This document shows, piece after piece, positions 38,710 through 49,532 of a stretch of 64,000 bases of DNA. Below the pieces are notes generated by a model. The model ran no database searches and was not told the origin of the DNA. It saw nothing but the letters and a program-made list of their open reading frames with translations. A program made the position numbers and the translations under genes. Source of the stretch: an uncultured Trueperaceae bacterium (lineage in GTDB: Bacteria > Deinococcota > Deinococci > Deinococcales > Trueperaceae). The stretch lies in assembly GCA_963799485.1 (NCBI GenBank), contig CAWCXJ010000004.1, forward strand, positions 96,001-160,000. The letters are read 5' to 3'. The first letter of the stretch is position 1. Each line of letters starts with the position of its first letter.

Positions 38710-40515
38710 GTGGAACTATCGAACCGCGACAAAATGTTGACGCTGACCGGCCTGATGCTGGCCCTATTTTTAGGCGCACTCGACCAGACGATCGTCTCGA
38801 CCGCGCTACCCCGTATTGTCGAAGACTTAAACGGCCTAGACCGCTACGCGTGGGTCGCCACTGCCTACTTGCTCGCCTCGACGGTGCTGGTACCGATTTA
38901 CGGCAAGCTCGCCGATATGTATTCACGTAAAGCCATCGAACTCTGGGCCGTCGGGACGTTTTTGTTCGGGTCGTTTTTGTGCGGGCTCGCCGGAGAATTC
39001 GGTACGTTGCCGCTCTTGGGCGACGGCATGAACCAGCTCATCATCTTTCGGGCGGTTCAGGGGCTCGGCGGGGCCGGCCTTTTTGCGATGGCGTTTATTA
39101 TCATCGCCGACCTTTTTCCCCCGGCGGTGCGCGGCAAATATCAGGGTTTTGTCGGCGCGGTGTTCGGCGTCGCCAGTGTGCTGGGACCGGTGATCGGCGG
39201 GTTTTTGACCGACTACGGCGGCAGTATCATCCCCGGCATCGCCGGTTGGCGCTGGGTTTTTTACGTTAATGTTCCCTTCGGCGCGCTCGCACTGTGGTTT
39301 ATCATCACCCGGATGCCGCCGCTTCAGCCCCAAGGCGAAAAGGGGCGGCTCGACCTTAGCTCCGCCGCGCTCCTGATCGCCGGGTTGGTACCGCTGATTT
39401 TAGGTTTGCAACTCGATAAAACCGCCTACCCGTGGCTTTCTACAACAACGCTGGCCCTTCTCGGCGGTTCGGCGCTGGCGCTCGTTCTCTTTGTTGTCCG
39501 CTCGCTCCGTTCACCCAACCCAATCCTGGACATAAGGCTCTTTAACAACCGCGTCTTCAGCACCTCGAACCTGGCGCTCTTTTTTATCGGCGGCGCTTTT
39601 TTGAGCATCCTGATCTTTTTGCCGCTCTTTATGGTCAACGTCGTCGGGGTTTCGGCGACGCAGGCCGGTACCAGTCTGATTCCGCTCTCGCTCGGTTTGG
39701 TCGTCGGGTCGGTTGTTGCCGGACAACTCGTCTCGCGTATCGGGCACTACAAGTATTTCATGCTGGGCGGCGGCGCGCTGCTTTTTGTCGGCGCGTGGCT
39801 GCTGGCGACGATGAGCGCCGACACGACCTACCTGCGCGTTACGTTCTATATGGTCATCTGCGGGCTCGGGCTGGGGCCGTCGTTCCCGCTCTACACCTTG
39901 GCCATTCAAAACGCGGTGGATATCCGCAAACTCGGTCAGGCAACCTCGGCGAGTCAGTTCTTTCGGCAGATTGGCGGTACGGTCGGGGCCGCGCTGATGG
40001 GAACGGTGCTGGCGACCGGGCTTACGGCGGCGTTTAGTAGTGTCAACACGCCCGGAACCGCCGGGGGCGCACCGACTGCCGGCGTCAGCAGCGAACCCTC
40101 GAGCGGGGGCCTTTCAGAAATCGGCAGTACGGTACGAGCCGGGTTCGACGAGCAGTACACGCTTATCGAACGGGTGGTGCGGCAGGGCGACCCACAGGCG
40201 CTCGCGCAGTTGGAGGCCAACCCACAGATTCCGGCTGAATTCAGAACCCGGTTGGAGGGTGTAGCCGCGCTCGCCAACGCCCCCAAAGTCGCGCAAGACC
40301 GGGTACTCGGCGAAATCCGCACCCAGCTCGACATGCAGGCCGACGAAACCGTCACGCAGGTAACGCGCACCGTCAAGGTTGCTTTCGCCGACGCGATTAC
40401 GAATATCTACTTTTACGCCACGATTTTGGTCGCGCTCGGCTGGTTGACGACGCTCTTCGTACCCGAGGTCAAACTCCGTACGAGCAACGCGCCCGCAGCG
40501 CAAGCCGCGCACTAA
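38710..40515 (+). CDS. DHA2 (EmrB/QacA) MFS efflux transporter
   Basis: LDQTIVSTALP, GKLAD, FRAVQGLGG, WRWVFYVNVP. Confidence 0.93.
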   Translation: MELSNRDKMLTLTGLMLALFLGALDQTIVSTALPRIVEDLNGLDRYAWVATAYLLASTVLVPIYGKLADMYSRKAIELWAVGTFLFGSFLCGLAGEFGTLPLLGDGMNQLIIFRAVQGLGGAGLFAMAFIIIADLFPPAVRGKYQGFVGAVFGVASVLGPVIGGFLTDYGGSIIPGIAGWRWVFYVNVPFGALALWFIITRMPPLQPQGEKGRLDLSSAALLIAGLVPLILGLQLDKTAYPWLSTTTLALLGGSALALVLFVVRSLRSPNPILDIRLFNNRVFSTSNLALFFIGGAFLSILIFLPLFMVNVVGVSATQAGTSLIPLSLGLVVGSVVAGQLVSRIGHYKYFMLGGGALLFVGAWLLATMSADTTYLRVTFYMVICGLGLGPSFPLYTLAIQNAVDIRKLGQATSASQFFRQIGGTVGAALMGTVLATGLTAAFSSVNTPGTAGGAPTAGVSSEPSSGGLSEIGSTVRAGFDEQYTLIERVVRQGDPQALAQLEANPQIPAEFRTRLEGVAALANAPKVAQDRVLGEIRTQLDMQADETVTQVTRTVKVAFADAITNIYFYATILVALGWLTTLFVPEVKLRTSNAPAAQAAH

Positions 40516-40617
40516 AACAGTAGCGAGCGCAGTGGGCAACCAAAAGCTTCTCGCTCATTGCCAGAACTCACTGCCCGGTACTTACTGCTCATTGCTGCGC
40601 TTGATACACTCTCCCTT

Positions 40618-41777
40618 ATGAGCCTGCTCGAGACCCACGCTGCTCCCAAGGCCGCACCCCCCCGGATGCTTATCGTCTCCGCTTCGATCGGCGGCGGGCA
40701 CGTCGCGGCGGCGCGGGCGCTCGGCGAGGCGGCGAGAGAAAGGGGCTCGAGCCCGAACACATCGACCTGCTTTCGTACACTGCGCCGGGGTTCCGCAGGC
40801 TTTACCGCCAGACGTACTTCGACCTGGTACGCACCGCCCCGGATTTCGTCGATTGGCTCGGCAAACGCCTGGACCGCCGCCCGCAAGAAGAGCGTACCCG
40901 GCAAGAGCGGGTGATGGCGCGGCTGACGCAGCTCTTGTCGCGCAATCTGGTCTGGCAAGTGCGGCACCGTGCCCCGGAACTCATCGTCCACACGCATTTT
41001 TTACCCCCGGCGGTCGTCCGCGCCGAACGCTACGACATCCCCGAAACGGTAGTTGTGACCGACTACGCGGCGCATAACCTCTGGCTCCAACCGGGGATAA
41101 AACGCTACTTCGTCGCTACCGGCGAGGTCGCCGCGCACCTGCGCGCGGTTGGTATCGGCGACGACCGGGTACGCGTCGCGGGAATTCCTATCAGCCCGAA
41201 CTTCAAGGCGCTGCCGTCCAAAGCTGCGGCGCGGGCCGCGCTCGAGCTGGCCCCGGAACGCGACGTGCTGCTGCTGATCGCTTCGGGCCTCGAGCCCGCC
41301 ACCCTCAAGAATCTGCTCGGCTATCTGCGCGAGCTGAAGTGGCCGCTCAGCGTCATCATCGTCTGTGGTCGTTCGGACGCGCTTGTCGCCGTTGCCGAAC
41401 GTGCGCTCGCGGGCTATACAGGTTTGCTGAGTTTTACGGTGCGCGGCTTTGTCAACAATGTGCCGCAGTACATGAGCGCCGCCGACCTGCTCGTCGGCAA
41501 ACCGGGCGGGCTGACGACCTCCGAGGCGCTCGCGGCGGGGTTGCCTTTTGCGGTGGTGAGCCCTTACCCGTTACAAGAAGAGGCCAACGCCAACTTTTTA
41601 CTCGAGCACGGCGTGGGATTCAGGCTCGAGCCGCTGACTGTGACCCCGTACAAACTCCGCGCTTTTTTCGCCGACGACGCCAAGCGCGCTCATATGCACC
41701 AAGCTGCCCTCGCGCTCGCGCAACCGCGTGCTGCCGAACATATTATCGGGTCGCTTTTGGCTGAACCGCTACGCTGA
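40618..41777 (+). pseudogene. MGDG-synthase/UgtP-like glycosyltransferase with a 1-bp frameshift (real or sequencing error)
   Basis: SASIGGGH..ERG then frame change at G run 40742-40745 to LEPEHIDLL...HTHFLP, VTDY, KPGGLT.SEA, QEEAN. Confidence 0.8.
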
Positions 41778-41917
41778 GAAAAGCGAAGAAGGCAGAACAG
41801 TTCAGCATTCTCAGTCCTGTTCTCTCCCTTCTCTTTGTTCTCTATTCAGTTGACCATTCCGTCACCTCGGCTTCCGCTACCAGCCCCAGAGCGACCAACT
41901 CGGTATGCTGAGCACTC

Positions 41918-42688
41918 ATGGCTACTTCTCCCGAACCCGCGCCTGCCGACCTGATGCTGATTGTGCCGCACCCCGACGACGAGGTTTTCTCGTGTGGCGG
42001 GATATTTTCTAAAATGAGCGAGGCGGGGCAGCAGATTGTCACCGTGACGCTGACTAAAGGGGCGTCGGGCCGAACGCTCGGACTTTGCACCCAGGCCGAA
42101 CTGCCGACATTTCGGGAGCGCGAACTCCGCGCCTCGCTGCGCGTGTTAGGCGTTCAGGACGTGTATATCTACGACTACCCCGATTTTGTTCCCGACGCCG
42201 ACCGGGGCTTGCCGCAAAACGGCGGCCTGCGCGACGTTCCCGAACGAGCAGGGGCCGCAGAACTCGAGAAACTTTTACGGCGGCACCGGCCCAGAGTCGT
42301 CGTAACGTTTCCGCCCAACGGTTCAAACGGACATCCCGACCATGTAACGACGAACGAATGGGTGCTAAAAGCCCTCGCGCCCCTCCCCTTCAGTCCGGCG
42401 CTCTACTATTTCGCCGGCGAACGGCCCTATGTTTCAGATACACCGCGAGCCGGGTTTCTCAGCGCTGCGGAGGTCAAGGCACAGTTTCTGCCGCCGACGC
42501 ATTACCTAGAAGTTGGGCCGTACTTGGAGAACAAACTTCGGGCGATGGCGCAGCACGAGACGCAGGCGCGGAGCGTGCTGGCGTTTATGCGGAGCAACCC
42601 GCGGCGGCTTTTGCTCGAGTCGTTTCACCGCGCCCACCCGAGCTACCCGGAAACCGAAGGCCCGCGCACCACAAGTTGGCTCCGTTAG
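41918..42688 (+). CDS. PIG-L/MshB/BshB-family deacetylase
   Basis: PHPDDE, RERE, GHPDH, HETQ. Confidence 0.9.
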   Translation: MATSPEPAPADLMLIVPHPDDEVFSCGGIFSKMSEAGQQIVTVTLTKGASGRTLGLCTQAELPTFRERELRASLRVLGVQDVYIYDYPDFVPDADRGLPQNGGLRDVPERAGAAELEKLLRRHRPRVVVTFPPNGSNGHPDHVTTNEWVLKALAPLPFSPALYYFAGERPYVSDTPRAGFLSAAEVKAQFLPPTHYLEVGPYLENKLRAMAQHETQARSVLAFMRSNPRRLLLESFHRAHPSYPETEGPRTTSWLR

Positions 42689-42815
42689 CGCGTCTTCGCT
42701 AGTGCGGTGCTGGTTGCGCTGCGACCCGGCTGCGCGTAAGAAACACGACACTTGCCCCGTAAACGGACTTGTGTCCTCAGGCGTGTGAAAGCTCCCGTAA
42801 GTAGCGTTTAAGTGC

Positions 42816-44250
42816 GTGATAAGCTACGCTGTGTTTTTCCGCCGTCCTATCTTTGGTGATACGTCGCTCGACGTCGCCCCTGCCCACCGCGCACTCGCCG
42901 AAGGGCGCTTCGAGACGGCGCTGACGCTCTTGGAGGGTGCAACTAGGCGGCAGCGGCGGCGCAGCTCGCAGGCGCAGCTCAAGCTCTACCTGGCGGCGAC
43001 CTACGCGCTTTGCGGCCCCGACGGCTCCAAATGGGGCGCGCAGACGCTCCGCGAGGCCGCCGAAGTCGATAGCGACGTCACGCAGCTCGCGCTCTACCGC
43101 GCGCTCTACTGGGAGTTTGCGGCCTACCGCGGGGACGCCCCCGCAGACGTGCGTAGGGGGGCGCTGGCCGCCGCCCGGCTCGGCGACCCGTTTGCGATCT
43201 ATCACGCGGCTTCGGCACTTTTTGCGATCCGCGCCTACCGCCGCGCGGCAAGGCTCCTTAAAAAGATCGAACCTCTCGACCTGCCGGACTACCTGCGCTG
43301 GCGCTACTGGTCGCTGCTCGGAAAAAGTTGCAGTGCGAGCGACCGCTTGAGCGAGGCCGCCGACGCATTTCGCTGCGCGGTTTCGCTCGCTGTCGGTGAG
43401 GAAAAACACCGCGAACGGCTGCATTTGGCAGGGACTATGCTCGAGCTTCAGCGTCCGGAAGCTACGCTCGGCATCCTTGAAAAGACCGATGTAAGCGAGT
43501 TGGGCTCCGGCGAACAGCTCTTGCATGTTTATTTCGGAGGGACGCGCGCAACTCCTTTTGGGCAATCCGAATCTGGCGCTAGAGCAGTTGCAACGCGCGA
43601 GCGCCTTGGAGGACGAAGCAGGACAACCCTCCTATACGTACAAGTTGGCGCTGGCACAGTGTTACGGCGCGCTCGGGCGTTACCCGCAGGCGATCTCGAG
43701 CTACCGGCAAGCGACCGAACTCGCGCCGAAAAAACAGCGCGCCTGGACGCTTCACGAATATGCGCTGCTGTTAATCGAAGCCGACCGGTTGGAGCGTGCC
43801 CGCGACCTTCTCCTCGAGACCCTCCACGCCGAAGGGTACGCCTACCGCGCTGAAGTTTACGCCGACCTCGCTGAAGTCGCGTACAAGCTTGCGAATCTGG
43901 GCGAAGCTGCCGAATACGCGCAGCGGGCGCTCGACCTAGGGGCTGTTGGCTCGGCGTGTCTGACGCTCGGCTCGGTCGCCTATGAGTACTACCATCTAGA
44001 CGACGCCGTAAGCTGGTTTGAAAAAGCGGTAGCAGCTTGCCGCGAAGGGGACATCGACTGGCTACACGCGCAGCAGATGCTCGCCGATATCTTTGTGCAG
44101 CAGGGCTTCGTTCGTCCGGAGCGGGTCGTTTTTCACGCGGAACGGGCGCTCAAGTACCTTCACGAAAACGACGAATGGGCGCTTATCTTGCGCGGTTACG
44201 TTCGGCAAGCGCGTGAGCTTTTGGGGGGACACTCGCGGCACTTCAACTAG
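42816..44250 (+). pseudogene. Tetratricopeptide-repeat protein split by a frameshift near 43532
   Basis: Helical Ala/Leu/Tyr repeats continue across overlapping ORFs 42816-43853 and 43525-44250. Confidence 0.65.
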
Positions 44251-44455
44251 CTGCAAGCCGACTTGTCTCGGTGCGTTTAGCGGTCTGCAAGCTTTCGGCT
44301 CAGCCGGTCTAAATCCGGGGCGCAGTAGTCGGCACTTCAATCTGCTTGAAAACTCTCGAATAGCTATGTTTTAAGCCGTAGTAGTTGCGAACGCTCGAGG
44401 CGGTAGTGTGACACGACTTTGCACATGTCGCACACTTTTGTCTTATACTGTGCTC

Positions 44456-44596
44456 ATGAAAAGTCAAACTGTGGTGCAGGCAGGGTCGAACGTCAGGTTG
44501 GCTCAAGTGATGGCGCGTAAACGGGCTCACGCTGTCGGGGTGGCCCCCGGTGTGGCGCGGGCGCTCGAGCAGCGGCGCAGTCTGCGTACCCGTTAG
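44456..44596 (+). CDS. Small basic hypothetical protein (46 aa)
   Basis: TATACT-6 nt-ATG leaderless context. Confidence 0.4.
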   Translation: MKSQTVVQAGSNVRLAQVMARKRAHAVGVAPGVARALEQRRSLRTR

Positions 44597-44678
44597 GCGG
44601 GGCGCGGCCCAACGGGTACGGTGTCGGCTGATAGATTTTCTGCCGACACCGTTTTTGGTTTGCCTTACAACACGCGCC

Positions 44679-45959
44679 CTACAACACGTAACGCGACAAA
44701 TCCTCGTCGCTTACAATGTCCTCGAGCTTCCTCTTTACATACGCCCCGTCAATCGTCACGTCGCCGAGTTCGGTGGCAAACGACACGTCTTCTAAAACCG
44801 TTTCCAAAACCGTGTGCAGCCGCCGCGCGCCGATGTCTTCGACGTCGGCGTTGACCTGCGCGCTGTACTCGGCGATGGCCTCGATACCCGAGGCTTCAAA
44901 GCGGAGCCGCGTCCCGTCCACCTTGAGGAGTTCGGTGTACTGCTTCGTCAGAGAGTGCCGGGGCTGGGTCAAAATCAGCTGAAAGTCGCCCGCTGAAAGC
45001 TCCTCCAACTCGACCCGAATCGGAAACCGCCCCTGCAACTCCGGAATCAGGTCGCTCGGTTTGGAAACCGTAAACGCGCCCGCCGCGATAAATAGCACGT
45101 GGTCGGTTTTGACCTGTCCGTAACGGGTGTTGACCTGCGTGCCCTCGACAATCGGCAGGAGGTCGCGCTGTACCCCTTCACCCGACACGTCGGGGCCGCT
45201 GTTGTCGCCGCCCGCTACCTTGTCGAGTTCGTCGATAAAGATGATGCCCGAATTTTCCGCCCGCGAGACCGCCTCCCGTGAGACTTCATCGTGGTCGATG
45301 AGTTTTTCGGCCTCTTCACCCCGGAGCGCTTCACGCGCCTCAGCGACGCTGAGCTTGCGTTTGGTGCGTTTTTTGGGCATAAAGTTCGACATCATGTCTT
45401 GCAAGTTCATGCCCATCTCTTCCATGCCGGGCATCATCAGCTGCTGCGGGCGTTCGTCGCTGACTTCGATCTCTAAGGTGCGGGTCTCGAGCTTCCCGGC
45501 CTTGAGCAGCTCCCGCATCTTGCCGCGCCCCTCTTCGGTGCCGCCGGGTAAGAGATACTCCAAAAGTTTTTCTTCCGCATTTTCTTTCGCCCTCTCTTGT
45601 ACCCCGCTGAGCTGCTCTTCTTCAACCATCACATAAGACGCCTGCGCGAGGTCACGTACCATCGATTCGACGTCGCGCCCGACATACCCGACCTCGGTAA
45701 ATTTGGTCGCCTCGACCTTGATAAAAGGAGCCTTGGCGAGCCGCGCCAACCGCCGCGCAATTTCGGTTTTGCCGACGCCGGTCGGCCCGATCATCAGGAT
45801 ATTTTTCGGCGTGACTTCGGTTTGTAAATCACCGGAGAGCTGCCGCCTGCGGTAGTGGTTGCGGAGGGCCACCGCCACCGAGCGCTTCGCCTTGTGCTGC
45901 CCGATGATGTGCTTGTCGAGTTCTTCAACGATCTCTAAAGGTGTCAAATCGACGCTCAC
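44679..45959 (-). CDS. hslU: ATP-dependent protease ATPase subunit HslU
   Basis: [39 protein letters not shown]-terminal SRYVL. Confidence 0.97.
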   Translation of the reverse strand: MSVDLTPLEIVEELDKHIIGQHKAKRSVAVALRNHYRRRQLSGDLQTEVTPKNILMIGPTGVGKTEIARRLARLAKAPFIKVEATKFTEVGYVGRDVESMVRDLAQASYVMVEEEQLSGVQERAKENAEEKLLEYLLPGGTEEGRGKMRELLKAGKLETRTLEIEVSDERPQQLMMPGMEEMGMNLQDMMSNFMPKKRTKRKLSVAEAREALRGEEAEKLIDHDEVSREAVSRAENSGIIFIDELDKVAGGDNSGPDVSGEGVQRDLLPIVEGTQVNTRYGQVKTDHVLFIAAGAFTVSKPSDLIPELQGRFPIRVELEELSAGDFQLILTQPRHSLTKQYTELLKVDGTRLRFEASGIEAIAEYSAQVNADVEDIGARRLHTVLETVLEDVSFATELGDVTIDGAYVKRKLEDIVSDEDLSRYVL

Positions 45960-46540
45960 GACGCCTCTCCTTCGATAACCTCGACGTCACCTTCGGCGCT
46001 TTCGTCCGGGACGCGCAATACAGTTGCCGTGCCGCTCGTGTAGAGGTCGATTTCGGCGGCGATTTTAAGCGCCGTCTCCGCAATTTCGGGTGCGCCCAGC
46101 TCGGTGTGACGTAAAAGCGCGAGCGCCGCCGCTTGTGCGTAAGCGCCCCCGGAACCCGTCGCTGCGACGGGTTCGTCCGGCGCAATTACGTCACCTGCGC
46201 CGGAAAGCGTCAGGATTTGCTCGTGGTCGGCGACGATGAGCATGGCCTCGAGGTTCCTGAGCATCTTGTCGGTGCGCCACTCCTTGACGGTCTCGACGGC
46301 TGCTTTCGTGAGGTTGCCCCGGTAAGACGCCAGATAGCCCTCGAACTTTTCCAGCAGCGTAAAGGCGTCCGACACTGCGCCCGCAAAACCCGTCAGCACC
46401 TTGCCGTCGTGCAAGCTCCGCACCTTGACCGCGCCTTTTTTGACAATCGTCTCGCCGAGCGTAATCTGCCCGTCGCCGGCAATCGCCGTTACGCCGCCCT
46501 TATGAACGGCGATAATCGTAGTTCCGTGGATTCGTTCCAT
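45956..46540 (-). CDS. hslV: ATP-dependent protease subunit HslV
   Basis: HG-TTII, AGDGQ, GFAG, GSGG. Confidence 0.96.
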   Translation of the reverse strand: MERIHGTTIIAVHKGGVTAIAGDGQITLGETIVKKGAVKVRSLHDGKVLTGFAGAVSDAFTLLEKFEGYLASYRGNLTKAAVETVKEWRTDKMLRNLEAMLIVADHEQILTLSGAGDVIAPDEPVAATGSGGAYAQAAALALLRHTELGAPEIAETALKIAAEIDLYTSGTATVLRVPDESAEGDVEVIEGEAS

Positions 46541-46712
46541 ATGGCGCAATCGTAACAAGCTGAGGTTAAAAGTATGTAAGGCACATTCCTTGATAGTAGG
46601 AATATAAGATTTTGTTGCAACTCCTTAGTCTAGCTGTGCTCGTTTACGAAATGTCGCAAGATGTCAGGCAGCAGGTTTCCAAGCAGTCCAACTCCGGTAA
46701 AATGACCTGCAT

Positions 46713-47729
46713 ATGCCGTTCTCCGCCCGTTACCCGCTCAGCGTCGCCCCGATGATGGACTGGACCGACCGTCATCAACGCGTTTTCATGCGCGGCGTGA
46801 CCAAGAGAGCGCTGCTCTATACCGAAATGGTCACGATGAACGCGGTGCTGCTGGGCGACCGGGCGAGAGTTTTGGGTTTCTCACAAGTAGAAAGACCACT
46901 AGCACTGCAGCTCGGCGGCGACGACCCCGTAAAACTCGCCGAGTGCGCCCGAATTGCCGAAGCTTGGGGTTACGACGAAATCAATCTCAACGTCGGCTGT
47001 CCGTCGGCACGGGTGCAAAACGGCAACTTCGGCGCGTGTCTGATGGCGCAACCTGAACTGGTGGCGGCGTGTGTGGCGGCGATGCGGGCCGCCGTAACGG
47101 TTCCCATTACCGTAAAACACCGTATCGGCATTGATGACCTGGACAGTTTTGAACAGCTCGAGCGCTTCGTCAAAGCCTCCGCCGACGCCGGGGCTGCACG
47201 TTTTAGCGTCCACGCCCGCAAAGCGTGGCTCTCGGGGCTCAGTCCGAAAGAGAACCGGACGGTGCCGCCGCTCCGTTACGAAACGGTTTACCGGCTCAAA
47301 GAGACCTTTCCTGAACTGGAAATCGAACTCAACGGCGGCGTCAAAACGCTCGTGGACGCTCAGCTGCATTTGGAGCGTGTAGACGCTGTGATGTTAGGTC
47401 GCGCCGCCTACGAAACGCCTTTTGTACTAGCGCAGGCTGACGCCCTCTTTTACGGCGCTGAGCAGGTTCCGACGCGCCGCGAAGTGGTTGACGCTACGCT
47501 GCCGTACCTCGAGGCGCAACTCTCTTGCGGTGTCCCGCTCAACAGCATGACCCGGCACATGCTGGGGCTTTTTGCCGGACAACCCGGTGCACGGGCGTGG
47601 CGCAGACACATCAGCGAAAATGCTCATAAACCGGGGGCCGGGGCTGAAGTCGTTCAGGACGCGGCACATCTGGTTCCTGAGACCGTGTTGGACGAACGCC
47701 CGGTTTCAGAAGCGCTGACGGGCGTTTAG
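46713..47729 (+). CDS. dusA: tRNA-dihydrouridine synthase A
   Basis: APMMDWTDRH, NLNVGCPS, VKHRIG, HARKAWL.GLSPKENR. Confidence 0.95.
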   Translation: MPFSARYPLSVAPMMDWTDRHQRVFMRGVTKRALLYTEMVTMNAVLLGDRARVLGFSQVERPLALQLGGDDPVKLAECARIAEAWGYDEINLNVGCPSARVQNGNFGACLMAQPELVAACVAAMRAAVTVPITVKHRIGIDDLDSFEQLERFVKASADAGAARFSVHARKAWLSGLSPKENRTVPPLRYETVYRLKETFPELEIELNGGVKTLVDAQLHLERVDAVMLGRAAYETPFVLAQADALFYGAEQVPTRREVVDATLPYLEAQLSCGVPLNSMTRHMLGLFAGQPGARAWRRHISENAHKPGAGAEVVQDAAHLVPETVLDERPVSEALTGV

Positions 47730-47758
47730 CACTCCGACTGACCTACACCGGTGGAGTT

Positions 47759-47983
47759 ATGGACGCAGCCGCCCCGACCCCTGACCCGCTCGAGATTCGT
47801 ATGGCTAAACTTGAGGGAAGTTACGAGCAGATAGACAAACGTATCGGTACGTTGGGGACCGACTTGACTCAGGGTTTGAACGATATCAGGGCTGAGATAC
47901 GCAATCTGCGCACACTTTTATTCAGCCTAAACGGGATGCTGGCCCTGCTCATCACCGTGTTTGCCTACTCGATGCGAAATTAG
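47759..47983 (+). CDS. Small coiled-coil protein with C-terminal transmembrane helix
   Basis: GGAG RBS; heptad pattern then hydrophobic tail. Confidence 0.6.
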   Translation: MDAAAPTPDPLEIRMAKLEGSYEQIDKRIGTLGTDLTQGLNDIRAEIRNLRTLLFSLNGMLALLITVFAYSMRN

Positions 47984-48004
47984 CTATAAAGGCGCTGACA
48001 AGCT

Positions 48005-48601
48005 TTAGTTACCCGTAAGCCCTACCCCTAAATCACGGATAACGCCGTCCCCCAAGCCGTACACCCAGCCGTGAACTGCCAAACTCTGACCTCGCGCCCA
48101 CGCATCTTGGACGACCGTCGTTTGCGACACGTTGCCGACTTGTTCAATAACGTTGAGTTCACAGAGCCGCTGAAGCTGTGCGGGAGGCTCCAAATCCGCT
48201 ATTTCAGCCTTGTGCTTGTCGTAAACGTCCCGGATATGCCGGAGCCAGTTGTCGCAGAGCCCGACACGTTTACCCTGCAAAGCTGCCTCGACGCCGCCAC
48301 AACCGTAGTGCCCGCAAACGATGATGTGCTCGACCTTTAATACATCGACGGCAAACTGAATGACGGCTAGACAGTTGAGGTCGGTGTGAACGACGAGGTT
48401 GGCGACGTTGCGGTGAACGAACAGCTCGCCGGGCTCTAAATCGACAACCTGATTTGCCGGAACCCGCGAGTCGGCGCAGCCGATCCACAGGTATTTGGGC
48501 GTTTGCTGACCGACCAGACGGCTGAAAAACTCAGGGTCTTGGGTAACGGCCCGCGCTGCCCAGGCACGGTTTTTTTCTAGTAGGGGGGTGAGATCGGTCA
48601 C
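48005..48601 (-). CDS. can: Beta-class carbonic anhydrase
   Basis: GCADSRVP, HRNVAN, CGHYGCGG. Confidence 0.96.
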   Translation of the reverse strand: MTDLTPLLEKNRAWAARAVTQDPEFFSRLVGQQTPKYLWIGCADSRVPANQVVDLEPGELFVHRNVANLVVHTDLNCLAVIQFAVDVLKVEHIIVCGHYGCGGVEAALQGKRVGLCDNWLRHIRDVYDKHKAEIADLEPPAQLQRLCELNVIEQVGNVSQTTVVQDAWARGQSLAVHGWVYGLGDGVIRDLGVGLTGN

Positions 48602-49288
48602 GTGCTGAGTTTACCGGATAGAGGTGGTAAACGTGTCAAGTCTGGACGCGAGGCTCTCTGAAGCTCTTGCTGCTTGAGTAAAAGCAGCAATGACAACTTC
48701 AAAAAAAGCCCGGCAAGGCGAGCGGGTACTGCCTAAGCATGGAGGTGCTGCGGGTCGTATCAATATGAGCGGTACGCTTTCCTGCAGTGGTCAAACGCAA
48801 CACCTCGAGTACCCTCGAAGGGCGTGCCGGGCTGAGCAGGTCGTGTGTCGCGTGGGCTTGGCTTAGCCAAGCTCACGCATAGATATAAAGACCGTCGTGC
48901 TTGACAACGGGGTTTTCGTAGCGCCAAGCTCATTAAAAGACAGTTTGACAGCCGGGAAGCCAACGAACTCTGGTTGTAGCCCCCCTACTCGCCGCAATTC
49001 GTCTTGGACAAAACGGCACACCACGCGGGTGCGAAGCTCCAGCCTTCCGGGCCTGTTCGCAACCTGATCGAAACCATCTGGAAAAAAGAAGGGTTTTCTT
49101 CTTCCCAGACGTTGCTACCAGACGTTGCTACAGTTCTCGGGAACAGCTCCGAGAGGCTATTCTCGCTACGCTTAAGCTTTTGGGTGCAGTAGCTAGCTTG
49201 TAAAAATGGTACGGAGCTACTTAGAACAGAACCGAATCTCCATAAGCAAGCAAAGACAGCCGTAGCCTAGCCAAATCCCGCTAAGCGT

Positions 49289-49333
49289 AAAGACGTGCAG
49301 CAAAGTCGAGGATACTTTGCTGCACGTCTTTTT
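49289..49333 (+). terminator. 18-bp perfect hairpin terminator
   Basis: AAAGACGTGCAGCAAAGT / ACTTTGCTGCACGTCTTT ending in a T run. Confidence 0.75.
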
Positions 49334-49532
49334 ATCGACAGTTTCAGCTGTTGTAGAGTTTTTCACCTTCTCACACTACTTTTTGTTTGAAAGCTACCCC
49401 TACAATTTGTATTAAGGATGTGACTATTGCCTGCAATGCGGTTTACGGTTTCAACCATGGTCTCAAAAAGCCGTCAGGCGATATGGCTGAAACGCTAGCT
49501 CTGAACACGGCGTGCGCGGTACGCTTGAGCGC

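Noticed and set aside
46520..46540. HslV N-terminal extension before the catalytic Thr
   Set aside because: Short propeptides are established in several HslV lineages
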